Part shown: one piece after another, positions 48,755 through 58,600 of the stretch
Numbering within the stretch: the first letter of the stretch is position 1
How the letters are laid out: each line of letters starts with the position of its first letter
Made by a program: the position numbers and the translations under genes
Assembly (NCBI GenBank): GCA_965223545.1
Contig: OZ245006.1
Span: 7,392,001 to 7,456,000, forward strand
Reading direction: 5' to 3'
Source: Planctomycetota bacterium
Lineage (GTDB): Bacteria > Planctomycetota > UBA1135 > UBA2386
Length of the DNA stretch: 64,000 nucleotides
The notes under the pieces: generated by a model
Database searches by the model: none
Told to the model about the DNA's origin: nothing
What the model saw: the letters and a program-made list of their open reading frames with translations, nothing else

Positions 48755-49908
48755 CCGACGGCACCGGTGCCCCGCAGCGCGCGTTCGAGTGCAGCGTGCG
48801 CACGCGCATCGTGTTCGGCGCCGGCGTCGCCGGTTCGACGGGAGCGCTGGCGGCGGAGTGCGGCGGCCGCCGTGCACTGCTGGTGACCGATGCGGGCGTC
48901 GTCGGTGCCGGCCACGCCGCGCGAGTGGCCGATGCGCTGGTCGCCGCGGGGCTCGAGGTGCGCCAGTTCGACGCGGTGCGCGAGAACCCCTCCACGGTGG
49001 ATGCGGAGGCGTGTGCCGAGGCGATGCGCGCCGCACCCGTCGACATCGTCGTCGCGGTGGGCGGCGGCAGCGCGATCGACGCGGCCAAGGCCGGTGCCCT
49101 GCTCGCCGCCGGCGGGGGCACGGTGGAGGACTACTGGGGGGTCGGCAAGGCGCGGGGAACCGTCGCGCCGCTGATCGCGGTGCCGACCACCGCGGGCACC
49201 GGCAGCGAGGTGCAGTCCTTCGCTCTGATCAGCCAACCCGACACCCACCAAAAGATGGCGTGCGGCGATCCGCAGCTGGCGCCGCGGGTGGCGGTGCTCG
49301 ATCCACGGCTCACCTGCAGCATGCCGGCCAGCGTGACCGCCTGCACCGGCATGGACGCGATCGGGCACGCGGTCGAGACCGCGGTGACCGCGCGGCGCAA
49401 CCCCGCCTCCGCGCTGTTCGCGCGGGGTGCATTCGAGCTGCTCAACGAGGGCCTGCCGCGCGCGCTGACCGATCCCGACGACCTCGACGCCCGCGGCGCG
49501 ATGCTGCTCGGTGCGACCTGGGCGGGCCTCGCGATCGAGCACAGCATGCTCGGCGCGGCGCACGCGTTGGCCAATCCGCTGACCGCGCACCACGGCCTGA
49601 CCCACGGCCAGGCGGTGGGGACGGTGTTGCCGGCGGTGGTCCGCCACAACGCGCGCGAGCCGCAGGTCGCGGCGCTCTACGCCGCGCTGGCCGCGCGCGG
49701 CGGCTTGCCGGCGAGCGCCGCGGCGCTCGCCGACCGCCTCGACGCGTTGATCGCGCTGGTCGGCTGGCCGGCTTCGCTCCGCGCACACGGCGTCGTGCCG
49801 AGCACCGCCCTCGCCGCCGAGGCCGCGCGGCAGTGGACCGCACAGTTCAATCCGATCCCGGTGGCGCAAGAGGATCTGCTGGCGATGCTGCGGGCCAGCT
49901 GCGGCTGA
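48751..49908 (+). CDS. Iron-containing alcohol dehydrogenase
   Basis: ENP, GGGSAIDAAK, VPTTAGTGSE, metal ligands DAIGHAVE, HALA, HG. Confidence 0.93.
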   Translation: MTDGTGAPQRAFECSVRTRIVFGAGVAGSTGALAAECGGRRALLVTDAGVVGAGHAARVADALVAAGLEVRQFDAVRENPSTVDAEACAEAMRAAPVDIVVAVGGGSAIDAAKAGALLAAGGGTVEDYWGVGKARGTVAPLIAVPTTAGTGSEVQSFALISQPDTHQKMACGDPQLAPRVAVLDPRLTCSMPASVTACTGMDAIGHAVETAVTARRNPASALFARGAFELLNEGLPRALTDPDDLDARGAMLLGATWAGLAIEHSMLGAAHALANPLTAHHGLTHGQAVGTVLPAVVRHNAREPQVAALYAALAARGGLPASAAALADRLDALIALVGWPASLRAHGVVPSTALAAEAARQWTAQFNPIPVAQEDLLAMLRASCG

Positions 49909-49925
49909 GCTGCGGCCGCCGAGAA

Positions 49926-50891
49926 TCAGTCGAACGCGCGGGCCAGCGCGTCGCCGACGTCGTCTCCGCCGCTGGCAGCGCGCCGCGCGACCGCTGCTTC
50001 GGCCTCGGCCCGGGCGGCCGGGTCGAGCGTCAACCCCTCGATCGCGAGCTCGGCGTCGGCGCGCGGCGCGCTGCCGAGCAGCTCGAGCAGGTGGGCGCGC
50101 GCCGGCGCGGCGCGCAGCATGCCCAAGCTCAAGATGGCGGTACGGCGCGTGTGCGGGTCGCGCGCGCGCGCACTCAGCTCGATCAAGTCCGGGCAGGCGG
50201 CGGCGCAGCGTGCCTCGCCGATCGCCAGCGCGGCGGCCTGCTGCAGCGAGCTCCGCCGCAAGGCGTCGCGCACCACGTCGAGGGCCGCCTCGCCGTCGAC
50301 CTGCAGCAGCGCCGCCAGCACCTCGCCAATGACCTGGGGCTCCGCGTCGCGCCGCCAATACGCGTAGCGTAACAGGGGGGCTGCGGTGTCGGCGGTGAGC
50401 AGGCCGATGGCGCGCGCCGCGCCGACGCGGGCGACCGGCTCCGGGTCGGCCAGCAGATCGGCCAGCAGCCGGGGCGCGTCCACGTGGCCATCGCCGGCGA
50501 GCGCGAGGCCGCACGCCGCCCGCAGCTGTGCGGCGGTGTCGACCGACCCGCCGAACGAGGGCTCGATCTGGCGATGGCGGATGCCGCGCAGCAGCGCGGT
50601 TTCGGCGATTCCTCCGCTGCGCGCGAGGGCGTGGGCGAGGGCGGTCTTGCCGGCGCAGCCCGGATCGCTGGCCGCGTCGGCGTCGAGCAGGGCGAGCAGG
50701 CGCTCGTTCATCGCCGGCGCGTGGCCCGGCAGGTCGAGCTCCTCGATCAGCGAGGCCGCCTTGGCGACCACGTGATTGCTCTTGTGCACCAGCGCCGTCG
50801 CCAGCAGCGCCTGGCTGTCTTCGGCGAGGGGATCGCCGCGCACGGCGTTGAGGCCGCGCAGGGCGTCCTCGGTGGTGGCGCGCCGCGGCAT
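49926..50891 (-). CDS. HEAT-repeat protein
   Basis: Ala/Leu helical repeats (LLADPEPVARVGAARAIG), DPGCAGK. Confidence 0.7.
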   Translation of the reverse strand: MPRRATTEDALRGLNAVRGDPLAEDSQALLATALVHKSNHVVAKAASLIEELDLPGHAPAMNERLLALLDADAASDPGCAGKTALAHALARSGGIAETALLRGIRHRQIEPSFGGSVDTAAQLRAACGLALAGDGHVDAPRLLADLLADPEPVARVGAARAIGLLTADTAAPLLRYAYWRRDAEPQVIGEVLAALLQVDGEAALDVVRDALRRSSLQQAAALAIGEARCAAACPDLIELSARARDPHTRRTAILSLGMLRAAPARAHLLELLGSAPRADAELAIEGLTLDPAARAEAEAAVARRAASGGDDVGDALARAFD

Positions 50892-50965
50892 GGGGCCCCA
50901 CGGTAGGGGAGTCCGCGGCGCCGGGCAAAACGGCGGTCGCCACGGGCGGCGCCGCGCCGTAGACA

Positions 50966-51868
50966 ATGCTGCCGATGTCGCTCCGCTCTGCCGCCCCTCC
51001 GTTCGCCGCCCTCGCCGTGCTGCTGTGGGCGCAAGATCCCGCCGGTGCACCGACCCTGGCCCCTGGCGGCGCGTTCTTGACGATGGCCGATCGTCCGCTG
51101 GCGCGGTTGCGCGGCGGCGACATCGACACCGCGCTGTACGCAACCTACGTCACTGCCGTAGTGGGGGACCGCCACCTCGCCGACCTGGCGTTCGATCTGG
51201 CTCTGGCGCGCGAGTGCGCGGCGCGCGGGCTCGCGCGCACCGCGCCGGTGCTGGCGCGGTCGGCGGCAGTGCGCCGCCAGCACGAGCTCGGCCGCGATGT
51301 CGGCGATCACTGGCAGCGGTGCGTGTTCGCCAACGAGGCGCTGCGCGACCAGCGCGTCGAGGCGCTGGTCCGCGCTGATCGGCGGATCGACCCCGCCGAG
51401 GTGCAGGCCTTGTTCGAGCGTCGCTACGGCCCCGGCGGTGTGCGCGTGCGCGCGCGACACCTGCTGGTCGGCTTCGCCGGCGTGCAGCGCGCGCTGCGCG
51501 CCACCGGCGCCGAAGCGACCGAGACCGCTGTCGACGAGGCCGCCCGCGCCCGCGCCGCGGCCGAGCGGCTGCGTTGGCAGGAGGGCGCGGTGCCTTCCGC
51601 GGCGAAGCTCCTGGACGCCGGCCTGCTGCGGCGCTTCGGCGCCGCGGTGGGCGAAGTCCTGCAGCAGACCCCGGTGGGCGAGGTTTCGGCGCCGGTGCGC
51701 GGACGCCGCGGCTACCACCTGGTCGAAGTCCTCGGCCGCGAGCGCACCGCGCTCGCCGACGTCGAGGCCGCGCTGCGGGCGGAGCTGCGCGCGTCCAAGC
51801 CGTCGCCGGTCGAGGTGCGCCAGCTGCGCCAACGCCTGCTGTCCGAGTATGGTTTCGAGCCGAGATGA
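50966..51868 (+). CDS. PpiC/parvulin-type peptidyl-prolyl isomerase-like exported protein
   Basis: VRARHLLV and GEVSAPVRGRRGYHLVEV rotamase motifs. Start may be 50975. Confidence 0.75.
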   Translation: MLPMSLRSAAPPFAALAVLLWAQDPAGAPTLAPGGAFLTMADRPLARLRGGDIDTALYATYVTAVVGDRHLADLAFDLALARECAARGLARTAPVLARSAAVRRQHELGRDVGDHWQRCVFANEALRDQRVEALVRADRRIDPAEVQALFERRYGPGGVRVRARHLLVGFAGVQRALRATGAEATETAVDEAARARAAAERLRWQEGAVPSAAKLLDAGLLRRFGAAVGEVLQQTPVGEVSAPVRGRRGYHLVEVLGRERTALADVEAALRAELRASKPSPVEVRQLRQRLLSEYGFEPR

Positions 51869-53013
51869 ACGTTCCCCTGATGGTGGGCGCGGGCCGTTGC
51901 CTGGCGCTGTCGTTGGCCGTCGCCGCCCCGGCGCAGGACACGGTCGGCCGCGAGGACGCGGCCGTCTACCGCGGCGACGCGCAGCTGCGCGGTGTCGCGC
52001 CGGGTCGACTCCAGCTGCCACTCGAGCTGCGCTGGCGGTTCGTCACCGAGGGACCGGTGGTGTCGTCTCCGGTGGTGCACGGCGGGATGGTCTACTTCGG
52101 CTCGAGCGACGGCAACGTGTACGCCGTCGACGCCAAGAGCGGTCAGCGCGTGTGGGCGTTCGCCAGCGAGGACATCGTCGATGCGCCGCCCCTGGTGCTC
52201 GACGGCCGCGTCTTCGTCGGCTCGTCGGACTTCTTCTTCTACGCTTTGGACGCCCGCACCGGTGCGCTGAGCTGGAAGTACGAGACCGGCGACAAGATCC
52301 TCGGCAGCGCCAATTGGGTCCGGCTGAAGGACGGTGAAACCCGCGTGCTGGTCGGCAGCTACGACGGCGCGCTGTACGCCTTCGACGCCGCCAGCGGCGC
52401 GCTGCGGTTTCGCTACGAGACCTCCAACTCGCTGAACGGCACGCCGGCGATGGTCGGCGAGGACGCCGTGTTCGGTGGTTGCGACGCGATTCTGCACGCG
52501 GTGTCCGCCCGCACCGGCGCGGCGCGCAGTCAGCTGGAGATCGGTCAGGAGTGCCACATCGCGGGCTCGGTCGCGACCGACGGCGAGACGGTCTACTTCG
52601 GTCACTACGGCAACGCCTTCGTCGCGGTCGCGCTGGATGCGGAGCAACCCGCATGGGTGTATCCCAGCGAGCGCCACGCGTTCTTCTCGTCGCCGGCGAT
52701 CGGTGAAGACCGAATCGTGTTCGGCGGGCGAGACCGTCGCGTGCACTGCGTGCGCCGCGCGGACGGCGAGCCGCTGTGGACCTTCACCACCCGGCGCAAG
52801 GTGGACTCCTCGCCGGTGATCTGCGGCGAGGTGGTCGCCGTGGGCTCCGGCGACGGGCGGTTGTACGTGCTCGGCCTGGCCGACGGCGAGAAGCGCTGGG
52901 AGTACGATCTCGGCCGGCCGGTGATGTCGTCGCCGGCGATCGTCGACGGCTGGCTGTACATCGGCTGCAACGACGGCGCGCTGTACGCGTTCGCACCCGC
53001 GGAGCAGAGCTGA
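51865..53013 (+). CDS. Secreted PQQ-like/BamB-like beta-propeller
   Basis: Regular SSP...VYFGSSDGNVYAVD..G..W blades. ATGA overlap. Confidence 0.9.
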   Translation: MNVPLMVGAGRCLALSLAVAAPAQDTVGREDAAVYRGDAQLRGVAPGRLQLPLELRWRFVTEGPVVSSPVVHGGMVYFGSSDGNVYAVDAKSGQRVWAFASEDIVDAPPLVLDGRVFVGSSDFFFYALDARTGALSWKYETGDKILGSANWVRLKDGETRVLVGSYDGALYAFDAASGALRFRYETSNSLNGTPAMVGEDAVFGGCDAILHAVSARTGAARSQLEIGQECHIAGSVATDGETVYFGHYGNAFVAVALDAEQPAWVYPSERHAFFSSPAIGEDRIVFGGRDRRVHCVRRADGEPLWTFTTRRKVDSSPVICGEVVAVGSGDGRLYVLGLADGEKRWEYDLGRPVMSSPAIVDGWLYIGCNDGALYAFAPAEQS

Positions 53014-53027
53014 GACGGGCGCCGAGC

Positions 53028-54323
53028 ATGCGCTTCTTGATGTTGATCCCCGGCACGGGGCACTACTACTGCGGGAGCTGCCTGCGCGACGACGCCCTCG
53101 CCTCCGCGCTGCGCGAAGCCGGCCATGACGTCGACGTCGCGCCGCTGTACCTGCCGATGGTGTTGGAGCGGCCGGACGGCGAGCCTGCCGTGCAGATGGG
53201 AGGCATCAACGTCTACCTCCAGCAGCGCACCAGGTTGTTCCGCCGGCTGCCGCGTTGGATGACGCGGCCGCTGGACCACCCGCGCCTGCTGCGCTGGGCG
53301 TCGCGCCGTGGCGACATGACGGATGCGCGCTCGCTGGGCGAGCTGACGCTCGGTGTGCTGCTGGGAGAGACCGGGCCGCAGCGAGCGTCGGTCGATGCCC
53401 TGCTGCGCTGGGTCGCCGAGCAGCCGCGTCCCGATGTCGTGGTCTTGTCGAACGCGATGCTGATCGGGCTCGCCGCGCCGATCAAGCGCACTCTGCAGCG
53501 ACCGGTGGTGGTCACCCTGCAGGGTGAGCTGCCGTTCCTCGACTCCTTGCCGCAGCCGTACCGCGATCAGGCCTGGGGGGCGTTGGCGGCGGCGGTTTCC
53601 GGCGTCGATCGGCTGGTCGCGGTCAGCGGTGCCTACCGCGATGCGATGGCCGCCCGCTTGGGACTGCGGCGCGACGACATCGCGGTCGTGCACAACGGCA
53701 TCGACACCGCGGACTTCGCGGCGGCGCCGCCGCGCCTGGTCGAGCGGCAGCCGCCGACGGTCGGCTATCTGGCGCGGCTGTCGCGCGACAAGGGGCTGGC
53801 GGACCTGGTCGACGCGTTCATCGTCTTGGCCAAGCGCGGTCGCGTGCCCGGCGTGCGCCTGTTGACGGTGGGCGTCGAGCTCGCCGAGGACCGTGCTCTG
53901 TGGCGTGAGGTGCGGTCGCGGCTGGCGCGCGCCGGCCTCGCCGATGCCGTCGAACGCGTTGCCAACGCGAGCCGTGACGAGAAGCTGCGGCACTTGGCCC
54001 GCATGTCGGTGCTGTCTGTGCCCGCGACCTACGGGGAGTCGTTCGGGCTGTATCTGCTCGAGGCCGCGGCGGCGGGCGTGCCGGTCGTGCAGCCACAGGA
54101 TCGCGTGTTCGCCGAGCTGATCGAGGCGACCGGCGGAGGAGTGCTGTGCGAGCCGGGCAATGCGACTGCGCTGGCGTTGGCACTCGAGGATCTGTTGCTC
54201 GACGCCGAGCGCGCCCAGCGGTTGGCGGACGCGGGCCGGAGTGCTGTGTTGGCGCGGTTCTCGGCGAAACAGATGGCCAGCGCGTTCGAGCGTACCACTA
54301 GGATGATCGCGACCACGGTCTGA
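53028..54323 (+). CDS. Glycosyltransferase family 4 (GT-B) with N-terminal CGSC motif
   Basis: VHNGID, YLARL...KG, ESFGLYLLEA..GVPVV; N-terminal YYCGSCLRD. Confidence 0.9.
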   Translation: MRFLMLIPGTGHYYCGSCLRDDALASALREAGHDVDVAPLYLPMVLERPDGEPAVQMGGINVYLQQRTRLFRRLPRWMTRPLDHPRLLRWASRRGDMTDARSLGELTLGVLLGETGPQRASVDALLRWVAEQPRPDVVVLSNAMLIGLAAPIKRTLQRPVVVTLQGELPFLDSLPQPYRDQAWGALAAAVSGVDRLVAVSGAYRDAMAARLGLRRDDIAVVHNGIDTADFAAAPPRLVERQPPTVGYLARLSRDKGLADLVDAFIVLAKRGRVPGVRLLTVGVELAEDRALWREVRSRLARAGLADAVERVANASRDEKLRHLARMSVLSVPATYGESFGLYLLEAAAAGVPVVQPQDRVFAELIEATGGGVLCEPGNATALALALEDLLLDAERAQRLADAGRSAVLARFSAKQMASAFERTTRMIATTV

Positions 54324-54369
54324 CGCGGGGCCGCTCGCTCCGCGCCAACTGCCTCGAGCCAGACTGCAA

Positions 54370-54912
54370 ATGCCCGAACCCGCTGCCTCGCCACCGCTGT
54401 GGATGATCTACGCCCTGACCACCGTCGCCACCTGGGGGCTGTACGGGGTGTTCTTGCACACCGGACAGCTGGGAATGGGGGATCCCGCGCACGGTCGCTA
54501 CAAGGCGTTCTTGTGGGTGGGGATCGCCTACTTCCTGACCGCGGTGCTGGCGCCGGCCATCGTGCTGTGGCTCGGCGGCGCCAGCTGGACGATGCCGCCG
54601 AAGGCAATCGGTTGGTCGCTGTTCGCCGGCGTGCTCGGCGCGGTCGGCGCGTTCGGCGTTCTGCTCGCGTTCGGTGCGCGGGGCCAGCCGGCGGTGGTGA
54701 TGTCGATCGTGTTCGCCGGAGCGCCGATCGTCAACGCGATCGCCAGCATCGCCATGCATCCCCCGGCCGGCGGTCTCGGCGGTGTGCGCTGGCAGTTCTT
54801 CGCCGGCATCCTGCTGGCGGCGGTCGGCGGCACGCTGGTGACTCTCTACAAGCCGACCCCCGGAGGGCCCAAGCCCGGCGCGGCGGCGCAGCCCGTGGTC
54901 GAGCCCCGGTGA
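54370..54912 (+). CDS. Small multi-TM membrane protein (DMT/EamA-like)
   Basis: About 5 TM helices, WGLYG, GAPIVN. Confidence 0.65.
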   Translation: MPEPAASPPLWMIYALTTVATWGLYGVFLHTGQLGMGDPAHGRYKAFLWVGIAYFLTAVLAPAIVLWLGGASWTMPPKAIGWSLFAGVLGAVGAFGVLLAFGARGQPAVVMSIVFAGAPIVNAIASIAMHPPAGGLGGVRWQFFAGILLAAVGGTLVTLYKPTPGGPKPGAAAQPVVEPR

Positions 54913-55622
54913 GCCACGACGCCGGCGTGCCCGCGGTGCGCGCCGCGGGGGTGGTGGTGCGCTATCCATCGCCTGGCGCTGAGTCGGCGGATGCCGTCCT
55001 GCGCGGCGTCGATCTCACCGTCCAGCGCGGCGAGTCGGTCGCCGTGGTCGGCCCGTCCGGCTGCGGCAAGAGCACGCTGTTGCACGTGCTGGGTGGTTTG
55101 CTGCCGCCGCAGGAGGGCGTCGTCGAGGTCGACGGGCAGCCGCTCGCCGACCGCGACGCGGCGGAGCTCGCCGCGTTGCGCCGGCGCTCGGTCGGTTTCG
55201 TCTTCCAAGAGCACCATCTGCTGCCGCAGTGCAGTGCTCTGGAGAACGTGTTGGTCCCGCTGCTGGCCGAGCAGTCGCGGGTCCCGCCGGAAGCCATCGA
55301 CCGCGGTCGCGCGCTGCTCGCGCAGGTCGGGCTCTCGGCGCGCGAGACGCACCGGCCCAGCGAGCTCTCGGGCGGCGAGTGCCAGCGCGTGGCGGTCGTG
55401 CGCGCACTGATGGCGCGGCCGGCGTTGTTGCTCGCCGACGAACCCACCGGTTCGCTGGACGAAGCCGGCGCCGAAGCCTTGGCGGAGGTGATCATCGCAC
55501 TGGTGCAGACGGCCGGCGCCGGTCTGGTCACGGTGACCCATTCGCCGCTGCTGGCCGGCCGCATGCAGCGCACGCTGCGGCTGCACGGCGGCGTGTTGGC
55601 GGCGGCGACCGCGTCGTCATGA
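54909..55622 (+). CDS. ABC transporter ATP-binding protein (LolD/MacB-like)
   Basis: GPSGCGKST, GFVFQ, LSGGECQR, LADEPTG, VTH. Confidence 0.94.
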   Translation: MSHDAGVPAVRAAGVVVRYPSPGAESADAVLRGVDLTVQRGESVAVVGPSGCGKSTLLHVLGGLLPPQEGVVEVDGQPLADRDAAELAALRRRSVGFVFQEHHLLPQCSALENVLVPLLAEQSRVPPEAIDRGRALLAQVGLSARETHRPSELSGGECQRVAVVRALMARPALLLADEPTGSLDEAGAEALAEVIIALVQTAGAGLVTVTHSPLLAGRMQRTLRLHGGVLAAATASS

Positions 55623-58600
55623 AGCGCGGGACGCTGATCGCCCGCGGCCTGCGGCACTACTGGAACGCGCACCGCTGGGTGCTGTGCGGCGTGGCGTGCA
55701 CGGCGGCGGTACTGACCGGTGCCTTGGCGGTTGGCGACTCGGTGCGCAAGAGCCTCGCCCTGCAGGTGCACTGGCGCACCGGGGGCGTGCGCGCGGCGAT
55801 GCACGCGATGGACCGCCGCGTGCGGCCGGCGCTCGCCGATGCGATGCAGGCGGGCTTGGGCGAGGGTGCGGTCGTGGCGCCGGTCCTCCACCTGCCGGGC
55901 GTGGCGACGCCGCCGGGCGGCGGGGTCACCGGCCTGGTCGAGGTGCTGGGCGTCGACGCGCGGTTCGGCGCACTCGCTCCGGGCCCGACGATGCGGCGTG
56001 GCACGCCGGCGGACGGCAAGGCTTGGATCAACGAGGCGGCTGCCGCTCAGCTGGGCGTCGCCGTGGGGGACGTGTTGGTCGTGCGCGTCGAGGCACCGAG
56101 TCCGGTGCCGCGCGACGCGGCGGTGGCGACCTACGATGACGTTTCCTTCGGCTTGCGCGTCGACGTCGATGGGATTCTGTCGGCGGGCGACTTCGGTCGC
56201 TTCGACCTCCGCTCCAATCCGCTGCCGACGTTCTCGGTGGTCGTCGGCCTCGAGTGGCTGTGCGCACAACTGGAGCTCGAGCCGGGCGCCAACACGCTGT
56301 TGGCGGGTGGCGATCCGGACGCGGTCGGCGACGCCGCGCGGCTGGACAAAGCCCTGGCGGAGCATTGGACGCTGGCCGACGCCGGCCTCGAGCTGGTGAC
56401 CCTGGAGTCCGGCGTGGCCGAGCTGCGCAGCGGGCGCCTGTTCATCGATCAGGCACTGGTCGACGCGGTCGGGGCGGTGGTGCCCGGCGCGGTGGGGGTG
56501 CTGACCTACTTCGTCAACGCCCTGCGCCACGGCGAGGCGGTGACGCCGTACTCGACCGTGGCCGGGATCGGTGCGCTCGGCGACCCGGCGGCGGTGGAGG
56601 ATCCCGTTCTTCGCGAGCTGCTGGCGCTTGCGCCGGGGCCGGACGCGCTGACGCTCAACCAGTGGTGCGCGTCCGACCTCGGCGCCGGCCTCGGGTCGGA
56701 GATCGAGCTCGACTTCACCGTCGCCGACACGGTCGCCGGGTTGCGGTCCGCGCACCGCGTGCTGCGCGTCGGCGGCGTCACCGAGCTGAGCGGAGCAGCG
56801 GCGGATGCTACGCTCATGCCGCCGTTCCCGGGGCTCGGGGATGCCGCGAGCTGCCGCGACTGGGAGCCGGGGCTGCCGGTCGAGCTGGCGCGGCTGCGGC
56901 CGAAGGACGAGCGTTACTGGGAACTCCACCGGGGCACGCCCAAGGCCTTCGTCGCGCTGGAGACGGCGCGCGCGATGTGGGCGAGTCGGTTCGGCTCGCT
57001 CAGCGCGGTGCGGCTGCCCGCCGCGCGGGCTGCCGAGCTCGCGCGCGCGCTGCCGCGCAGTGTCGCCCCGGCGGCGATCGGCCTGTACTTCACCGACGTC
57101 GCCTCTGCCGGCCGCGTCGCCAGCGCGCCGACCACCGACTTCGCCGGCTTGTTCGGCGGAATGAGCGGATTCACCATCATCGCCGCCGTGCTGCTGACCG
57201 CGCTGCTGTTCGTGTTCAGCGTCGAGCAGCGCTGGCGCGAGCTGGGCACGTTGATGGCGGTGGGCTTCGCGCCGGCCGGGGTGCGCCGGCTGCTGCTCGG
57301 CGAGGCGCTGGTCATTGCCGTGCTCGGCGGGCTGCTCGGCGCGGGCCTCGGCCTGCTCTACACGCGCGCCGTGCTCTGGGCGCTGGGCTCGGTTTGGAGT
57401 GGTGCGGTGGGCGGGGTCGCGCTCGAGTTCGACTGCCGTCCGGTCAGCCTCGCGGCGGGTGCGGGCGGCGCGGTGCTGGTCGCGATGGTTGCGCTCTATT
57501 GGTCGACGCGCCGGGCGTTCGCCACCCCGGTGGTGGCGCTGCTGCGCCGGCGGGCGGCGGTGGCGCGCGCGGGCGCCGCCACCGTGGCGCGCGTGGTGGC
57601 GCCGCTCGCGGCGCTCGCCGCGGTGGGGCTGTGGGTCGCGGCTCCCGCCACCGGCACCGACGCGGCGTTGTGGCGCTTCGCTGCCGGCGCCCTGCTGTTG
57701 GTGGGGGCGTTGGCGGCGGTGCGGTTGTCGCTCGGCGGCGGCGGTGAGAGTGCGCGGCCGGCGGCGTCGCGCTGGGCGCTCGCGTGGCGCAACGCGGCGC
57801 GCCGGCCGGTGCGCAGCATGACGTGCGTCGGCCTGTTGGCCGCGGGTGTGTTCACGGTGACGGCGGTGCAGGCGTTTCGCCAACGCCCGCCCGAGGTGGC
57901 CGATGCAGCCTCTGGAACCGGCGGTTTCGCCCTCTTCGGTCGCTCGGCGTTGCCGGTGTTGCGCGACCTCGGCACGCCCGAAGGCCGCGACGCCTACGGC
58001 CTCGGCGCGGCGGCGCTGCGTGGCGTCGACATCGTGCCCCTGCGCGTGCGCGACGGCGACGAAGCCAGCTGCCTCAATCTCGGTTCGCCGGCGGAGCCGC
58101 GTCTGCTCGGCGTCGATCCCGAGGCGTTGGCAGCGCGCGGCGCGTTCTCCTTTGCCGCCGTCGACGCCGCGCTTGCCGGGGATGACGGCGACAGTCCCTG
58201 GCGATTGCTCGGCCAGCCGCTCGCCGACGGGGCGATCGCCGCGATCGGCGACGCGCAGAGCACGCAGTGGAGCCTGCACCTCGGGCTCGGCGAGCAGCTG
58301 CTCTACCGCGACGATCGGGGGGCGACCGTGCCGGTGCGGCTGGTCGGCACGCTGCGCAGCTCGATCCTGCAGGGCAGCTTGATCGTCGATGAGAGCCAGT
58401 TGGCGCGCGCGTTCCCCAAGACGTCGGGGCACCGCGCGTTCTTGATCGGGGTCGACGGCCCGGCCGAGCGGGTGGCCGCCGTCCGCGGCGACTTGAGCGA
58501 GGCGTTTGCCGATCTCGGCCTCGAGCTGACGCCGACCGCGGTCCGGCTGGCGGCGTTCCAGGCGGTGCAGAACACCTATCTGCGCATCTTTCTGGTGCTC

